DNA of 64,000 nt from Cyanobacteria bacterium P01_A01_bin.123 (GCA_039815185.1 JBCBZT010000013.1:1-64000), one strand, 5' to 3'. Positions 31,147 through 41,168 are shown, numbered from the stretch's first letter. Numbers and translations are program-made. The notes: a model not told the origin generated them from the letters alone.

Positions 31147-34050
31147 GTGACTGAGAACAAGCCCACACTAATGCTCGTGGATGGTCATTCCCTGGCCTTT
31201 CGTGCTTACTATGCCTTTGCTCGTGGCCCAGAAGGGGGCTTACGCACCTCTACCGGCATTCCTACCAGCGTTTGTTACGGCTTTCTCAAATCTATGCTGG
31301 ACATCATGGCGGTAGAACAACCTGACTATGCCGCTGTTGCTTTTGATCTCGCTGGGCCAACCTTTCGCCACCAGGCTGATGACACTTACAAAGATGGCCG
31401 CCCTGAACCCCCACCAGGGTTTTTAGAAGATGTTGAGAATTTGCAGGAATTGCTCAGGGCCTTTGGTCTACCCACGATGACCGCAGCCGGGTTTGAAGCC
31501 GATGATGTGTTGGGTACCATTGCCACCCGAGGCCAAGCCGAAGGCTATCGCGTGAAGATTCTCAGTGGCGACCAAGATTTGTTTCAGCTGATCGACGATG
31601 CCGAAGAGATTACGGTGCTGCATTTACGCAGTACCCAAAAAAATAATGCTCAAGCCCTAGCTAGCGAATTCAAAATTCAGACGGTTAAAGATAAATTAGG
31701 GATTTTCCCCAATCAGGTGATCGACTACAAAGCCCTCTGCGGCGACACGTCTGATAATATCCCTGGGGTCAAGGGCATTGGCGCAAAAACGGCGGCCAAG
31801 TTGCTCGACGAATATGGCACCCTAGCTAATGTCTATGCCAATGTTGACAATATCAAAGGGGCCACCCAGCGGAAACTAATTGAAGGGGAAGCGTCGGCCA
31901 AGCATTCCCAGTTCATGGCCCGCATCGTAGTGGATGTACCCCTAGAGACAAATCTCGCTGACTGCAAGCTAGAAGGGTTTGATGCCAATGCCGTTGCGCC
32001 ACTGCTCAAAAAGCTTGAATTACACCATTTCTTACAGCGCCTCAACAAAATCCAGGGGGCGCTAGGGGGGGAAGTTTCTACCGAAGACATCCCCATGCCA
32101 TCCTCTACACCCATGGCAGACGTGGGGGGTGAAGATGTGGCCTTTTTCTCAGCTGAGGAAACAGAGCAGGCTAATTTCAACCCACCCCAGGCGGTTCAGA
32201 TTCAGCCTCAAATCATCACCACTGCAGTCGAGTTACAAGCGCTGGTTGAACGCTTATCGCAGTATCGTGACCCTGCCTACCCCGTGGCTTGGGATACTGA
32301 AACCACCTCGATCGAGCCCCGCGATGCTGAATTAGTCGGTATTGGCTGCTGTTGGGGAATGGGGCAAGATGACATGGCCTATATTCCCACGGGACATCAC
32401 CAGGGCACACAGTTGTCTAAAGCTGTCGTGTTGGCAGCTTTGCGCCCGATTTTAGAAAGTGCCGATTACCCCAAAGCGCTACAAAATGCGAAGTTTGACC
32501 GCTTGGTGCTGCGCTGTCAGGGGATTCAGCTAGCGGGGGTGGTGTTTGACTCGATGCTCGCCAGCTATGTGCTCAATCCTGAATCTACCCATAACCTGAC
32601 CGATCTATCGTTGAAATACCTCAACCTCACGGCTCAGAGCTACACCGATCTGGTGCCCAAAGGCAAAACTATTGCCGACATTGACATTGACGCAGTGGCA
32701 ACCTACTGCGGTGCAGATGTGTTCACCACATTTCAGCTAGTGCCCATTTTGCAGCACGAGTTAGATCAAAAGGATGCTGCTGCGATCCTATTCAAAACCT
32801 TAGAAGTGCCCCTAGAACCCGTGTTAGCTGAGATGGAGTTCCAGGGCATTCGGATTGACCGAGACTACCTGGGAAAATTTTCCACTCAGCTGGAGACCGA
32901 CCTCGACGAAATTGAGCAAACAGCTTATCGCGACGCGGGGGAAACCTTTAATCTGGGTTCACCCAAGCAGCTGAGTGAATTGTTGTTCAACAAGCTGGGG
33001 TTAGACAAGCGCAAGTCTCGGCGCAACAAATCTGGGGGGTATTCCACTGATGCCTCTACCCTAGAAAAGCTCCAGGGCGACCACCCCGTCGTGGATTTGA
33101 TTGTCAAACACCGTACCCTATCGAAGCTGAAATCGACCTACGTCGATGCATTGCCCAATCTGGTGCGCTCCGATACCCAGCGGGTTCATACCGACTTTAA
33201 CCAGGCGGTCACGGCCACGGGACGACTGTCCTCGTCCAATCCCAACCTGCAAAATATTCCCATTCGCACTGAGTTTAGTCGCCGAATTCGCTCGGCATTT
33301 GTGCCAGAGCCGGGCTGGCTGCTGGTCTCTGCGGACTATTCTCAAATTGAACTGCGGATTTTAGCTCACCTGAGCGATGAACCTGTGCTGGTGAGCGCTT
33401 ACAAAAACAATCAAGATGTGCATACCTTGACGGCGCAACTGCTGTTTGAAAAAGATGAGATTTCTGCCGAAGAACGACGCCTGGGCAAGGTGATTAACTT
33501 CGGCATTATCTATGGCATGGGGGCTAGTCGGTTCGCCCGAGAAGCCAATGTCAACCGTACGGAAGCGAAGACCTTTATCGACCGCTTTAATGACAGCTAT
33601 CCCAATGTGTTTGAATACTTGCAGCAGATGCAGCGGGAAGCGATCGCGTATGGCTATGTCCACACCTTGATGGGTCGCCGCCGCTATTTTAACTTCACTA
33701 GCAACAGTCTGCGGGGGCTCAAAGGTAGCGATCCTAATACCCTTGATTTGGGCAAGCTGCGTCCTGGCGGGTACGATGCCGGTTCTCTGAGGGCAGCCGC
33801 CAACGCCCCAATTCAAGGGTCCAACGCCGACATTATTAAAGTCGCGATGATTCGGCTCCACGAACTGCTGAAAGATTACCAAGCGCGATTACTGTTGCAA
33901 GTCCATGACGAATTGGTGTTTGAAGTCCCTCCAGATGAATGGGAAGTGCTAGAAAGCAAAATTAAAACCACGATGGAATCGGCAGCGGAATTGAAGGTGC
34001 CTTTGGTGGTTGAAGCGGCGGCTGGGCCAAACTGGATGGAAGCAAAATAG
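31147..34050 (+). CDS. polA: DNA polymerase I
   Basis: LVDGHSLAFRAY (5'-3' exo), WDTETT (3'-5' exo), SADYSQIELRILAH, LLQVHDELVFE; GTG at 31147 is the likely start. Confidence 0.96.
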   Translation: MTENKPTLMLVDGHSLAFRAYYAFARGPEGGLRTSTGIPTSVCYGFLKSMLDIMAVEQPDYAAVAFDLAGPTFRHQADDTYKDGRPEPPPGFLEDVENLQELLRAFGLPTMTAAGFEADDVLGTIATRGQAEGYRVKILSGDQDLFQLIDDAEEITVLHLRSTQKNNAQALASEFKIQTVKDKLGIFPNQVIDYKALCGDTSDNIPGVKGIGAKTAAKLLDEYGTLANVYANVDNIKGATQRKLIEGEASAKHSQFMARIVVDVPLETNLADCKLEGFDANAVAPLLKKLELHHFLQRLNKIQGALGGEVSTEDIPMPSSTPMADVGGEDVAFFSAEETEQANFNPPQAVQIQPQIITTAVELQALVERLSQYRDPAYPVAWDTETTSIEPRDAELVGIGCCWGMGQDDMAYIPTGHHQGTQLSKAVVLAALRPILESADYPKALQNAKFDRLVLRCQGIQLAGVVFDSMLASYVLNPESTHNLTDLSLKYLNLTAQSYTDLVPKGKTIADIDIDAVATYCGADVFTTFQLVPILQHELDQKDAAAILFKTLEVPLEPVLAEMEFQGIRIDRDYLGKFSTQLETDLDEIEQTAYRDAGETFNLGSPKQLSELLFNKLGLDKRKSRRNKSGGYSTDASTLEKLQGDHPVVDLIVKHRTLSKLKSTYVDALPNLVRSDTQRVHTDFNQAVTATGRLSSSNPNLQNIPIRTEFSRRIRSAFVPEPGWLLVSADYSQIELRILAHLSDEPVLVSAYKNNQDVHTLTAQLLFEKDEISAEERRLGKVINFGIIYGMGASRFAREANVNRTEAKTFIDRFNDSYPNVFEYLQQMQREAIAYGYVHTLMGRRRYFNFTSNSLRGLKGSDPNTLDLGKLRPGGYDAGSLRAAANAPIQGSNADIIKVAMIRLHELLKDYQARLLLQVHDELVFEVPPDEWEVLESKIKTTMESAAELKVPLVVEAAAGPNWMEAK

Positions 34051-34066
34051 GTGGGTGGGCGCGATC

Positions 34067-34666
34067 TTAGGCTAGCTTTTCGCCACTGAGAATAAAGACT
34101 GGATCGATGGCGGTAAAAACCTGGTGGTTGCCGCGAGATTCCAGGCGATTGACTGCGGGTTGAGCCGCTTCGATATTCCGTACGTGGAGCTTGGCAAAAC
34201 TTTCAGAAGCGACATAGAGAGCTTCAAAGTTGCCAGCGGTGACCACAAATCGCCCCCCTGGCTGAAGATACTGCCAAGCTTCTAAAATTGTTTCCCTAAG
34301 GGGGCGTCCGCCTTCCACAAAAATGCAGTCGGGGGTTTTGGGTAAATCAGCCAAGCAATCCGGAGCATTACCTTCAATCACGTCAACATTGCTCACCCCA
34401 AAGCGATCGCAGTTGCGGCGAATCAAACTAGCAACTTCTTCATCCCGCTCTACCCCAATAACTCGCCCTGCTGGACACAGCAAAGCCGCTTCTACCACAA
34501 CGGTGCCTGTCCCTGCTCCGATATCCCACAGTACAGAGTCGGCCTTGAGTCGCAGATACCCCATCAGCAACAGGCGCATTTCTCGCTTGCTGATGGGTAT
34601 GCCCGGCAATTGCTCAAACAGATGATCCGGAATGCCAGGCGTAACGTAGGGCCAAAGGGAAGACAT
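34067..34666 (-). CDS. cbiT: Precorrin-6Y C5,15-methyltransferase subunit CbiT
   Basis: PGIPDHLF...P..K.E.R, LWDIGAGTG SAM motif. Confidence 0.9.
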   Translation of the reverse strand: MSSLWPYVTPGIPDHLFEQLPGIPISKREMRLLLMGYLRLKADSVLWDIGAGTGTVVVEAALLCPAGRVIGVERDEEVASLIRRNCDRFGVSNVDVIEGNAPDCLADLPKTPDCIFVEGGRPLRETILEAWQYLQPGGRFVVTAGNFEALYVASESFAKLHVRNIEAAQPAVNRLESRGNHQVFTAIDPVFILSGEKLA

Positions 34667-34870
34667 GGAATCGCAGTTAGGTTTCCTGCTAAGAACATGT
34701 TTAGCTTATCGCTTCAGTGGAGTAGTAGTGGGGAAGGATGTGATGCGGAAAGGAGATGGGAAGATGGGGAGATGGGGGGAGCAACTTCCTGGAGGTCAGG
34801 AGTGATGGAACTGTCAGAGGAGATTGCTATAGTGGGCAAATGCAACGGGTTGAGTTGGAGGTGGTTGGAG

Positions 34871-34996
34871 ATGAGCGATCGCGAACCGAGAAAAACGAAA
34901 ACGAATGTTGTCAGTGTCGATGCGGCTACGTTGACGGCGGCACTTGTGTTGCTGCTCTTGGTGCCGTTGTTGGTGTCGGGCTTTTGGTTCCAGTAG
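34871..34996 (+). CDS. Small membrane protein (41 aa)
   Basis: GGAG immediately upstream; MSDREPRKTKTNVVSVDAATLTAALVLLLLVPLLVSGFWFQ (the C-terminal part of track ORF 34610..34996). Confidence 0.55.
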   Translation: MSDREPRKTKTNVVSVDAATLTAALVLLLLVPLLVSGFWFQ

Positions 34997-35013
34997 AGGT
35001 TGGCGATCGTGCG

Positions 35014-35670
35014 TCACACACTGATGCCAAAATCCAACAGTCGCGGATCCGTAAAATCTTCAATGACAAGCTTGACCCCTAGCTCGTAGAGCGCTTCTGG
35101 GCTATGGGTTGTCGCCATGCCAATAGTGGGAATCCCAGCTGCGATCGCAGCCTTGACCCCAGACGATGAATCTTCAAACACGACTGCCGCCTCAGGTGCA
35201 ATCTTTAACCGCTTAAGTGCTTCTTGGTAGGGCATTGGATCAGGTTTGGCACGGGGTAACTCTTCGCCAATGATCACCGTTTCAAAGGTCTCCCACAGAT
35301 CCAGCGTTTTGAGCATAAATTCGGCATTAGTGCGCGGGGCATTGGTCACCACAGCCTGTTTTAACCCCTGCTGATCAATCCACGCCAGCAGTTGATCCAA
35401 CCCAGGCAACCGATGGAGCTGATCAGCCGCAACGACTCGAAAAGCGGCTTCTTTGTCGACGCTAAACTTTTCTCCTTCAGCAGCGGAGAGTTGAGGCAGC
35501 AGCGCTTTGACGATGTCGGGGTTAAACCCGCCGCTAATATGGCGTTGATAGAATGCTAGATCAATCTCGTCGTAGCCGTAATCTTTCAAAAACGTTTGCC
35601 ACAGCCCAAAGTGGATGGGGTCGGTGTTGGCTAAAGTGCCGTCTAAATCGAAAAGGATAGCTTGGAGCAT
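35014..35670 (-). CDS. HAD-family phosphatase (beta-PGM/CbbY-like)
   Basis: FDLDGTL, VVTNA, KPDP and FEDS motifs. Confidence 0.9.
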   Translation of the reverse strand: MLQAILFDLDGTLANTDPIHFGLWQTFLKDYGYDEIDLAFYQRHISGGFNPDIVKALLPQLSAAEGEKFSVDKEAAFRVVAADQLHRLPGLDQLLAWIDQQGLKQAVVTNAPRTNAEFMLKTLDLWETFETVIIGEELPRAKPDPMPYQEALKRLKIAPEAAVVFEDSSSGVKAAIAAGIPTIGMATTHSPEALYELGVKLVIEDFTDPRLLDFGISV

Positions 35671-35880
35671 TGCTTCAGGTTATAGGCTAGGGGCAAAACA
35701 ACCTCCACCAATCTACCCGATAACCTTATAACTTCCGCTCCATTGCCGGAACGCCATTCAATTTCTCATTGGTCTGCTTAAATCCTTGACGGGTGTAGAT
35801 TCCGGTTAAGGTCGGCTGGTTCATGTCTGAGGATTTGGGCTTTACTCCCAGCTTACTGGTGCTGTAACCTTGCTTTTTAC

Positions 35881-36390
35881 CTAACGCGCAGCCTTTAACC
35901 CCAGTCGATCCGCTTCCTGTTCCAAAGCGGGATCATCATTGACTGGAACCCCATTCACCTCGGTTGTGGGCTTCACTCGCCCCTGTCGCTGCTGCAACAC
36001 ATGGGCTAGCTCATGGCCCAACAGCGCCTGCCCAGACGGGGTCTCAGGCTTAAACTGGCCTGGGGCAAAGTGAATATGATTTTGCTGGGTATAGGCTAAG
36101 GCACCCACCGATGGTGCTTCAGAGCCCTCATGAACCTTGACATCTGCGAAATCGGCGTTGAACGCACTTTCCATTTTGGTGCGCACCCCATCAGGGAGAT
36201 GCTTGCCGCTACGCTTGGACTGGATTGGAACCTGGGTTAGATCACGGGAATGGGTTGGGATTGAACGCGGCTTGCGCTGAGTAGTTTGGCTTTCAACTCT
36301 ATTGACAGCAGCATGATTAAACAAGCGATCGCCCAATTGTGGAGAGCGATGCTGTGGCAGCTTAGCGTGACGGCGGAACGTGCGAGGCAT
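35881..36390 (-). CDS. DUF4157 (eCIS core) domain protein
   Basis: LP..VR.KME.AF.ADF..VKVH...GALAYT....IHF.PG...[12 protein letters not shown]...LEQEAD. Confidence 0.9.
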   Translation of the reverse strand: MPRTFRRHAKLPQHRSPQLGDRLFNHAAVNRVESQTTQRKPRSIPTHSRDLTQVPIQSKRSGKHLPDGVRTKMESAFNADFADVKVHEGSEAPSVGALAYTQQNHIHFAPGQFKPETPSGQALLGHELAHVLQQRQGRVKPTTEVNGVPVNDDPALEQEADRLGLKAAR

Positions 36391-36409
36391 GACTCTTTCC
36401 GTGAATCAA

Positions 36410-37390
36410 TTAAACAAACGCAAATACAAAGTCTAGCTTTTCAAACTTTTCAAGGGCTGATTGAGCCAATTGGACTCTCTTCCGATAAGCCTTGCTCTTG
36501 TCTATATTGGTTTTGGGATTGGCCTGGGACTTAGCGTAATCTTTAACGGCGTCCTTTGCCTTGTTGGCATAGCCCTTGATTTTGTCCCACATCTTTTGTT
36601 TTTCCTTGCCATCATCACTGAGGAGCAGCTCTGTTTGCGCCCAAAGTTCTTTGTCTTGGTAAGCGGCTTTGAAGTATGTCCCATATTCAAAAAACTTCTG
36701 CAAAACCTTACTCACGCTAGTGATCGTTTTGAGAATCTGACTCGGTTCAACGATGGAGGTCCAACCTAGAATTTCATTCCCCCACCCCCAGGCTTCGTTG
36801 GCAATCCGCTCTGCTTTTTTCACGAGGTTCTTGCCGTACTTTTTAATCTTCATAGCCCGCTTGGCAAACCCCATGATGATGTCTTTGAGCCCCTTCATTT
36901 TTTCCCAAAGTTCCAAAAACCACTTTTTGATTCTCTTGGTAATGGATTCTTTTTCTTTTTGATCCTCGTCAATCAGTGAGGCATTTTCATCGTAGACAAT
37001 CTCAATGTCGTCCTCCTCTTCCTCCTCTTCCTCCTCATCCTCCTCGATGTAACCGTCTGGATTCAGGGGAGTCATATCGAAAGCCTGAATCACAGCGCCC
37101 CGGCGATTAGACATTAACTGGGCAAGGGGCTGTGGCATTGACCCAGCCATCATTAAAGGCATTTGGCTCAAGTCTTGATGGGCAACGAATTGTTCAAAAT
37201 TTGGGCGATCCTGGCTTGCCTGCAATGCGGTTGCCGATCCCTGCGAGGCTGCTGTCACAGTCGTGGTGCTGGCCGTTCGATCTGGGGAGTTTGGGCGTCT
37301 AATAGCTGAATGATGGCGTGGCAAGACTTCTCCTATTTCCCGCTTTTGCCGCTTATCTTGACGTTGCAGCAGACTCGCATAACCAGACAT
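36410..37390 (-). CDS. Hypothetical protein, effector-like
   Basis: Disordered N-terminus, GAVIQ motif, poly-Glu tract, Lys-rich helical C-terminus; co-oriented within the DUF4255/ATPase/DUF4157 cluster. Confidence 0.7.
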   Translation of the reverse strand: MSGYASLLQRQDKRQKREIGEVLPRHHSAIRRPNSPDRTASTTTVTAASQGSATALQASQDRPNFEQFVAHQDLSQMPLMMAGSMPQPLAQLMSNRRGAVIQAFDMTPLNPDGYIEEDEEEEEEEEDDIEIVYDENASLIDEDQKEKESITKRIKKWFLELWEKMKGLKDIIMGFAKRAMKIKKYGKNLVKKAERIANEAWGWGNEILGWTSIVEPSQILKTITSVSKVLQKFFEYGTYFKAAYQDKELWAQTELLLSDDGKEKQKMWDKIKGYANKAKDAVKDYAKSQANPKTNIDKSKAYRKRVQLAQSALEKFEKLDFVFAFV

Positions 37391-37538
37391 CGCTTTTTAT
37401 CCCTTTGCGAACAAGTTTCTGACTAGGCCCCAAGCTTGGGAACTTAACGAAGAATCGTGGCTACCGGCTATCCGTAAACTGAGATATGTGCACTATTCTA
37501 CTGACTGTCAAGCGCTTATGGGGAGATTTGTAGATCCA

Positions 37539-39584
37539 TTACTCTATTTTTCCCACGAATGTCTCATCCTGACCATAGGTGAAATCTGGTTCGTAGATCG
37601 GTCGCTCCAGCTTCCGCAACTCGGCTCGGGTAGACTGCAAAACATGGGACATCTCAACCTGTTGGTGTTGACTCGCGGCTAAAAATGCTGCGTTGATTGC
37701 AATCGTGTGAATACTGCCCCCCGCTATATTGATTCGACCGAGATGCTCATAATCCAATTCGCCCAGTGGCATTTCTTTGGGGAAGGCTTTTTGCCAGAGT
37801 TGCTGGCGGTTGGTAGCAGAGGGAAAGGGAAAATCGATAATAAATCGCAAGCGGCGTAGGAAAGCCGTATCAATCGAACTTTTGAAGTTGGTCGCCAGCA
37901 CAGCTAAGCCCCGGTAAGACTCAATCCGCTGTAAAAGGTAGTTCACTTCGATATTGGCATATCGATCGTGGCTGTCTTTAATTTCAGATCGTTTACCAAA
38001 GAGGGAATCGGCCTCATCAAAGAACAAAATGGCCCCACCATCTTCTGCGGCATCAAACAGGCGACGGAGGTTTTTTTCAGTTTCGCCAATGTATTTGCTA
38101 ACTACAGAAGAGAGATCAATGCGATAGAGGTTGAGGTTGAGATCGTTGGCAATCACCTCGGCTGCCATGGTCTTACCTGTTCCACTGGCCCCAGAGAACA
38201 GGGCATTGACCCCTAACCCCCGATTCATCCGTCGTCGAAAGCCCCAGTCATCGTAAACCTGGCTGCGCTGGTGAACCTGATTGGCGATTTGATGCAATAA
38301 CCCCAATTGCTCATCTGGCAGGACTAGATCGTCCCAGGTGGCCTTGGTATCGAGGCGTTGGGCTAACGCATCAAGCTGGGGACGGGTGCGTACTAGGCAG
38401 GCATCCCACAGCCGCGCTTGCAGGGTGCCCTCGCCTTGGGTATCTTGTGTGCCGAGGGCGACTTGCCAAATTTCATCGAGATTCAAACTAAACTGGCTAG
38501 CGAGCGTTGCCGGAACTCGGTCTGCTTGATCGCCGAGGGCTTGTTCCCAGGCATCCCGTTGCTCGGTCGGGGTCGGTTTGACCACATCTAGTGTAATAGT
38601 AGAGCGCTCTAGGGCCAGACGCTGCTCTTTCGCATCCAGGAAAAACAGACCGTCACACTCAGCTAAAAATCGACGTAGGGCGGCACTGGTGCCGGTTGTC
38701 CCAGTTTCGGAACTTGTCCCTGCGATCGCTTGGGCATCTAAATAGAGTGCCACCGGAAAGAGGCGAATCTCCCGTTGCCAAAGTCGTGAGAAGGTTTCAA
38801 GCTCGGCAGCTTGGGTGGGGAGCAAATCGACGGAGAGCCGATAAACGGACATGCCAAAAGCAGCCGCGACGCGGCCTGCAATCCGCTGCTTACTCAATGA
38901 GTCAGGTCCCAAGAGCTGCAAAATGGGAAGCCTTTGAAATTGTTGAGTGCCATCTAAATAGCGAATAATGTCTTCAACAATGCGCTGCTGCGAAGGGGCG
39001 AGGGCGATTGGTGAGTCAACTTTAATACCAGTTTCATTGAGCGGAAAAAGCAATGCAGACAGGCGATCATCTAGATAATTCATGCCTTTGAGGTAATTTA
39101 CCACCCGCTCGTCTGCCCGCAGCGGACTAACCGTTAAGGGCTCTACCCCGCCCTGTAAGATTTCGATCAGTCGCCAGTGACGCAGGGGCCGATGGGGAGA
39201 CACCACGTCCCAAACGGGATCCTTAAAAATTGACAGGGCCAGTGTGAATGTGGGAAAAGGACGGGCGGGGTTATCCTGGGCCTTGGCGCAGAGGCTCAAA
39301 ATTTGCTCATCCCATTCCCCAGCCGCACAGAGCATCAGCAAGTTTTGTTCAAATCGGGTCAAGCCGAGGGTTTCGCGGAGAGTGACGATGGCTGGGGGTG
39401 GATCACGCTGTTCAATTGCCAACATGGCTTTTTGAGCCCGGGTCACAGTGGTCGCTTTCACAGTTGAGTCCGGGGTAGCTTTTTCTAAGCAGAGTCGCAA
39501 CCATTTCAATGCCAGGGCTAGATACTCTGCATTGGCATCATCTTTCAGGGTGTTTGACTCTTCTGGCGGGTCTGATGAGGTCAT
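37539..39584 (-). CDS. eCIS-type AAA+ ATPase (Afp15/Pvc15-like)
   Basis: GASGTGKT, ILFFDEADSLFGKRSE..DSHDRYANIE..YLLQ, AFLRR; N-terminal region typical of eCIS ATPases; 4-nt overlap with the upstream gene. Confidence 0.88.
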   Translation of the reverse strand: MTSSDPPEESNTLKDDANAEYLALALKWLRLCLEKATPDSTVKATTVTRAQKAMLAIEQRDPPPAIVTLRETLGLTRFEQNLLMLCAAGEWDEQILSLCAKAQDNPARPFPTFTLALSIFKDPVWDVVSPHRPLRHWRLIEILQGGVEPLTVSPLRADERVVNYLKGMNYLDDRLSALLFPLNETGIKVDSPIALAPSQQRIVEDIIRYLDGTQQFQRLPILQLLGPDSLSKQRIAGRVAAAFGMSVYRLSVDLLPTQAAELETFSRLWQREIRLFPVALYLDAQAIAGTSSETGTTGTSAALRRFLAECDGLFFLDAKEQRLALERSTITLDVVKPTPTEQRDAWEQALGDQADRVPATLASQFSLNLDEIWQVALGTQDTQGEGTLQARLWDACLVRTRPQLDALAQRLDTKATWDDLVLPDEQLGLLHQIANQVHQRSQVYDDWGFRRRMNRGLGVNALFSGASGTGKTMAAEVIANDLNLNLYRIDLSSVVSKYIGETEKNLRRLFDAAEDGGAILFFDEADSLFGKRSEIKDSHDRYANIEVNYLLQRIESYRGLAVLATNFKSSIDTAFLRRLRFIIDFPFPSATNRQQLWQKAFPKEMPLGELDYEHLGRINIAGGSIHTIAINAAFLAASQHQQVEMSHVLQSTRAELRKLERPIYEPDFTYGQDETFVGKIE

Positions 39585-40801
39585 GCCAAAATCCTCACTG
39601 TATGGCTTTCAAGAAACTGCGGCGGACGGCTGGAAAAGTCGATAGGAACACTGTCTGCACCATTCACCCGGAGCCGAACCACGTAGGTGCCTGGATGAAC
39701 ATTTTTGATCTGAAAGCGGAGCGTATCAGTTGCTTCTGAGAAGGGCAGGACGGGCATACCGCGATCGCCAAACAATAAAATTACCTGACTCTCTGGGCTG
39801 ACCAACGGGAAACAGGTAATCGTTAGGACGAAGTTTCTCTGCGTTGTCTCTTGGGGATCAAGGGTCAGGAGTTGGGGAGCCAAGGTCACGGGCAAACGAT
39901 TCGTCGTCATCGTGTAGTTAGCCCGCTCGATTGCCAGGGCTAGTTCGTAGCGACCCGCCATTGCTGGCGCAATATTGCTAGTAGGGTCTGGCAGGTGAAA
40001 GGAGAGTTCTCCGGTTGATTGCACTGGCAATACGTCAAGATCCCAGGGCTCTGCTAGGCGTGGATGGGTGAGGCGCACGCGTAGTCGATCACCATTGAAG
40101 TTTTGCCCCCGAATCATCACGCGATCGCCAAATTCAGCACTATTTTTATGGTGGGGTAACTCAATCTCGTGGAGCTTAGGCTCACCATGGGCACGAACGA
40201 TCGCTCGGCCATTGCCACCGGCCCGAGACAGTACCGGGGGGGCGAGCTGAATCGGCTCCTGACTATCTAACAAAACTACGGATACTTTATAGGCAACCGA
40301 GGGACGATACTCGGCTTGCAGCAACCGCCAGACTTGTGTCATGTCTTCAAAAGCCAGATTCAGCGGAGCAATGCGAATTTGTTCAACTTGCTGATGCAGA
40401 TTGCTTGTGCTTAATTCTCCCTGGGTTACGGCCTGAATCTCTTCTGCATTGAGTAACGAATGATCGTGGAGCACGTTGAGCACGCGCCCGAGTAGGCGAT
40501 GGCTGGCGATTTCTTGATCACCCTGACCATAGGCGGCGATTAAATAGTGAAGATCTAGGGCCAACGGGGGCTTGAAGGTCGCCCCTCGCCGAGCATGGGG
40601 CGTTTTGGATTGACCTTGTCGGGCTGGATTAGGCTCTGCGTGGTAGAGGCAAAGATTAATTTGGTTGCCCTCTTGAGTATCGCGGGCGCGCTCAAGCGAT
40701 TTTGTGGTGATGGTGCCATTACCGAGCTCTTCGCGAATGCCCGCAAAAATAATGTTTTTCAGGGTGGCGGTGACGGTTGCGATCGCGAGTGAGTTACTCA
40801 T
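39581..40801 (-). CDS. DUF4255 (Pvc16/Afp16 N-terminal) protein with C-terminal beta-rich (IPT/TIG-like) domains
   Basis: MSNSLAIATVTATL...INLCLY...PLALDLHYLI.AYG...LLG....LHD...W......YRPSVAYKVSVVL. Confidence 0.85.
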   Translation of the reverse strand: MSNSLAIATVTATLKNIIFAGIREELGNGTITTKSLERARDTQEGNQINLCLYHAEPNPARQGQSKTPHARRGATFKPPLALDLHYLIAAYGQGDQEIASHRLLGRVLNVLHDHSLLNAEEIQAVTQGELSTSNLHQQVEQIRIAPLNLAFEDMTQVWRLLQAEYRPSVAYKVSVVLLDSQEPIQLAPPVLSRAGGNGRAIVRAHGEPKLHEIELPHHKNSAEFGDRVMIRGQNFNGDRLRVRLTHPRLAEPWDLDVLPVQSTGELSFHLPDPTSNIAPAMAGRYELALAIERANYTMTTNRLPVTLAPQLLTLDPQETTQRNFVLTITCFPLVSPESQVILLFGDRGMPVLPFSEATDTLRFQIKNVHPGTYVVRLRVNGADSVPIDFSSRPPQFLESHTVRILA

Positions 40802-41168
40802 GTTAATTTCCCATTAAGGAAACATGCACCAAGCGTTAGCGACCCAAATGCTAGATAGGGCGACTCAATTAAATAGGGTCACTAACGTCATGCGGTGCTT
40901 GCATCTAGAACAGCTTGCAGATAACGAATAGATGACGGTAATCCTATTGATATTGCTTTTTCAAAGTCAATACGTGAATATACGTGTTCAAGCTGGAGCA
41001 TTTATAGTGCACGAAGCTTTGTGGCTACCGCTGCCATAGCAGCCCGATGGAATTATCGGATCGCAATCAGCTCTCTTAAAGCAACCTTATCCATATCCAT
41101 GCAGGCGCTTGACCCCAAAGCGCCACACTGTGTTGCACATAAGCGATGGTCTAATTGAACGTTGTGTT

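Noticed and set aside
34720..34810. Purine-rich GGAGATGGG-type short repeats
   Set aside because: Common low-complexity intergenic repeats of filamentous cyanobacteria; not an array.
35881..40801. Calling this a complete eCIS/T6SS or prophage
   Set aside because: No sheath, tube, spike, baseplate, capsid, terminase or integrase genes in the window.
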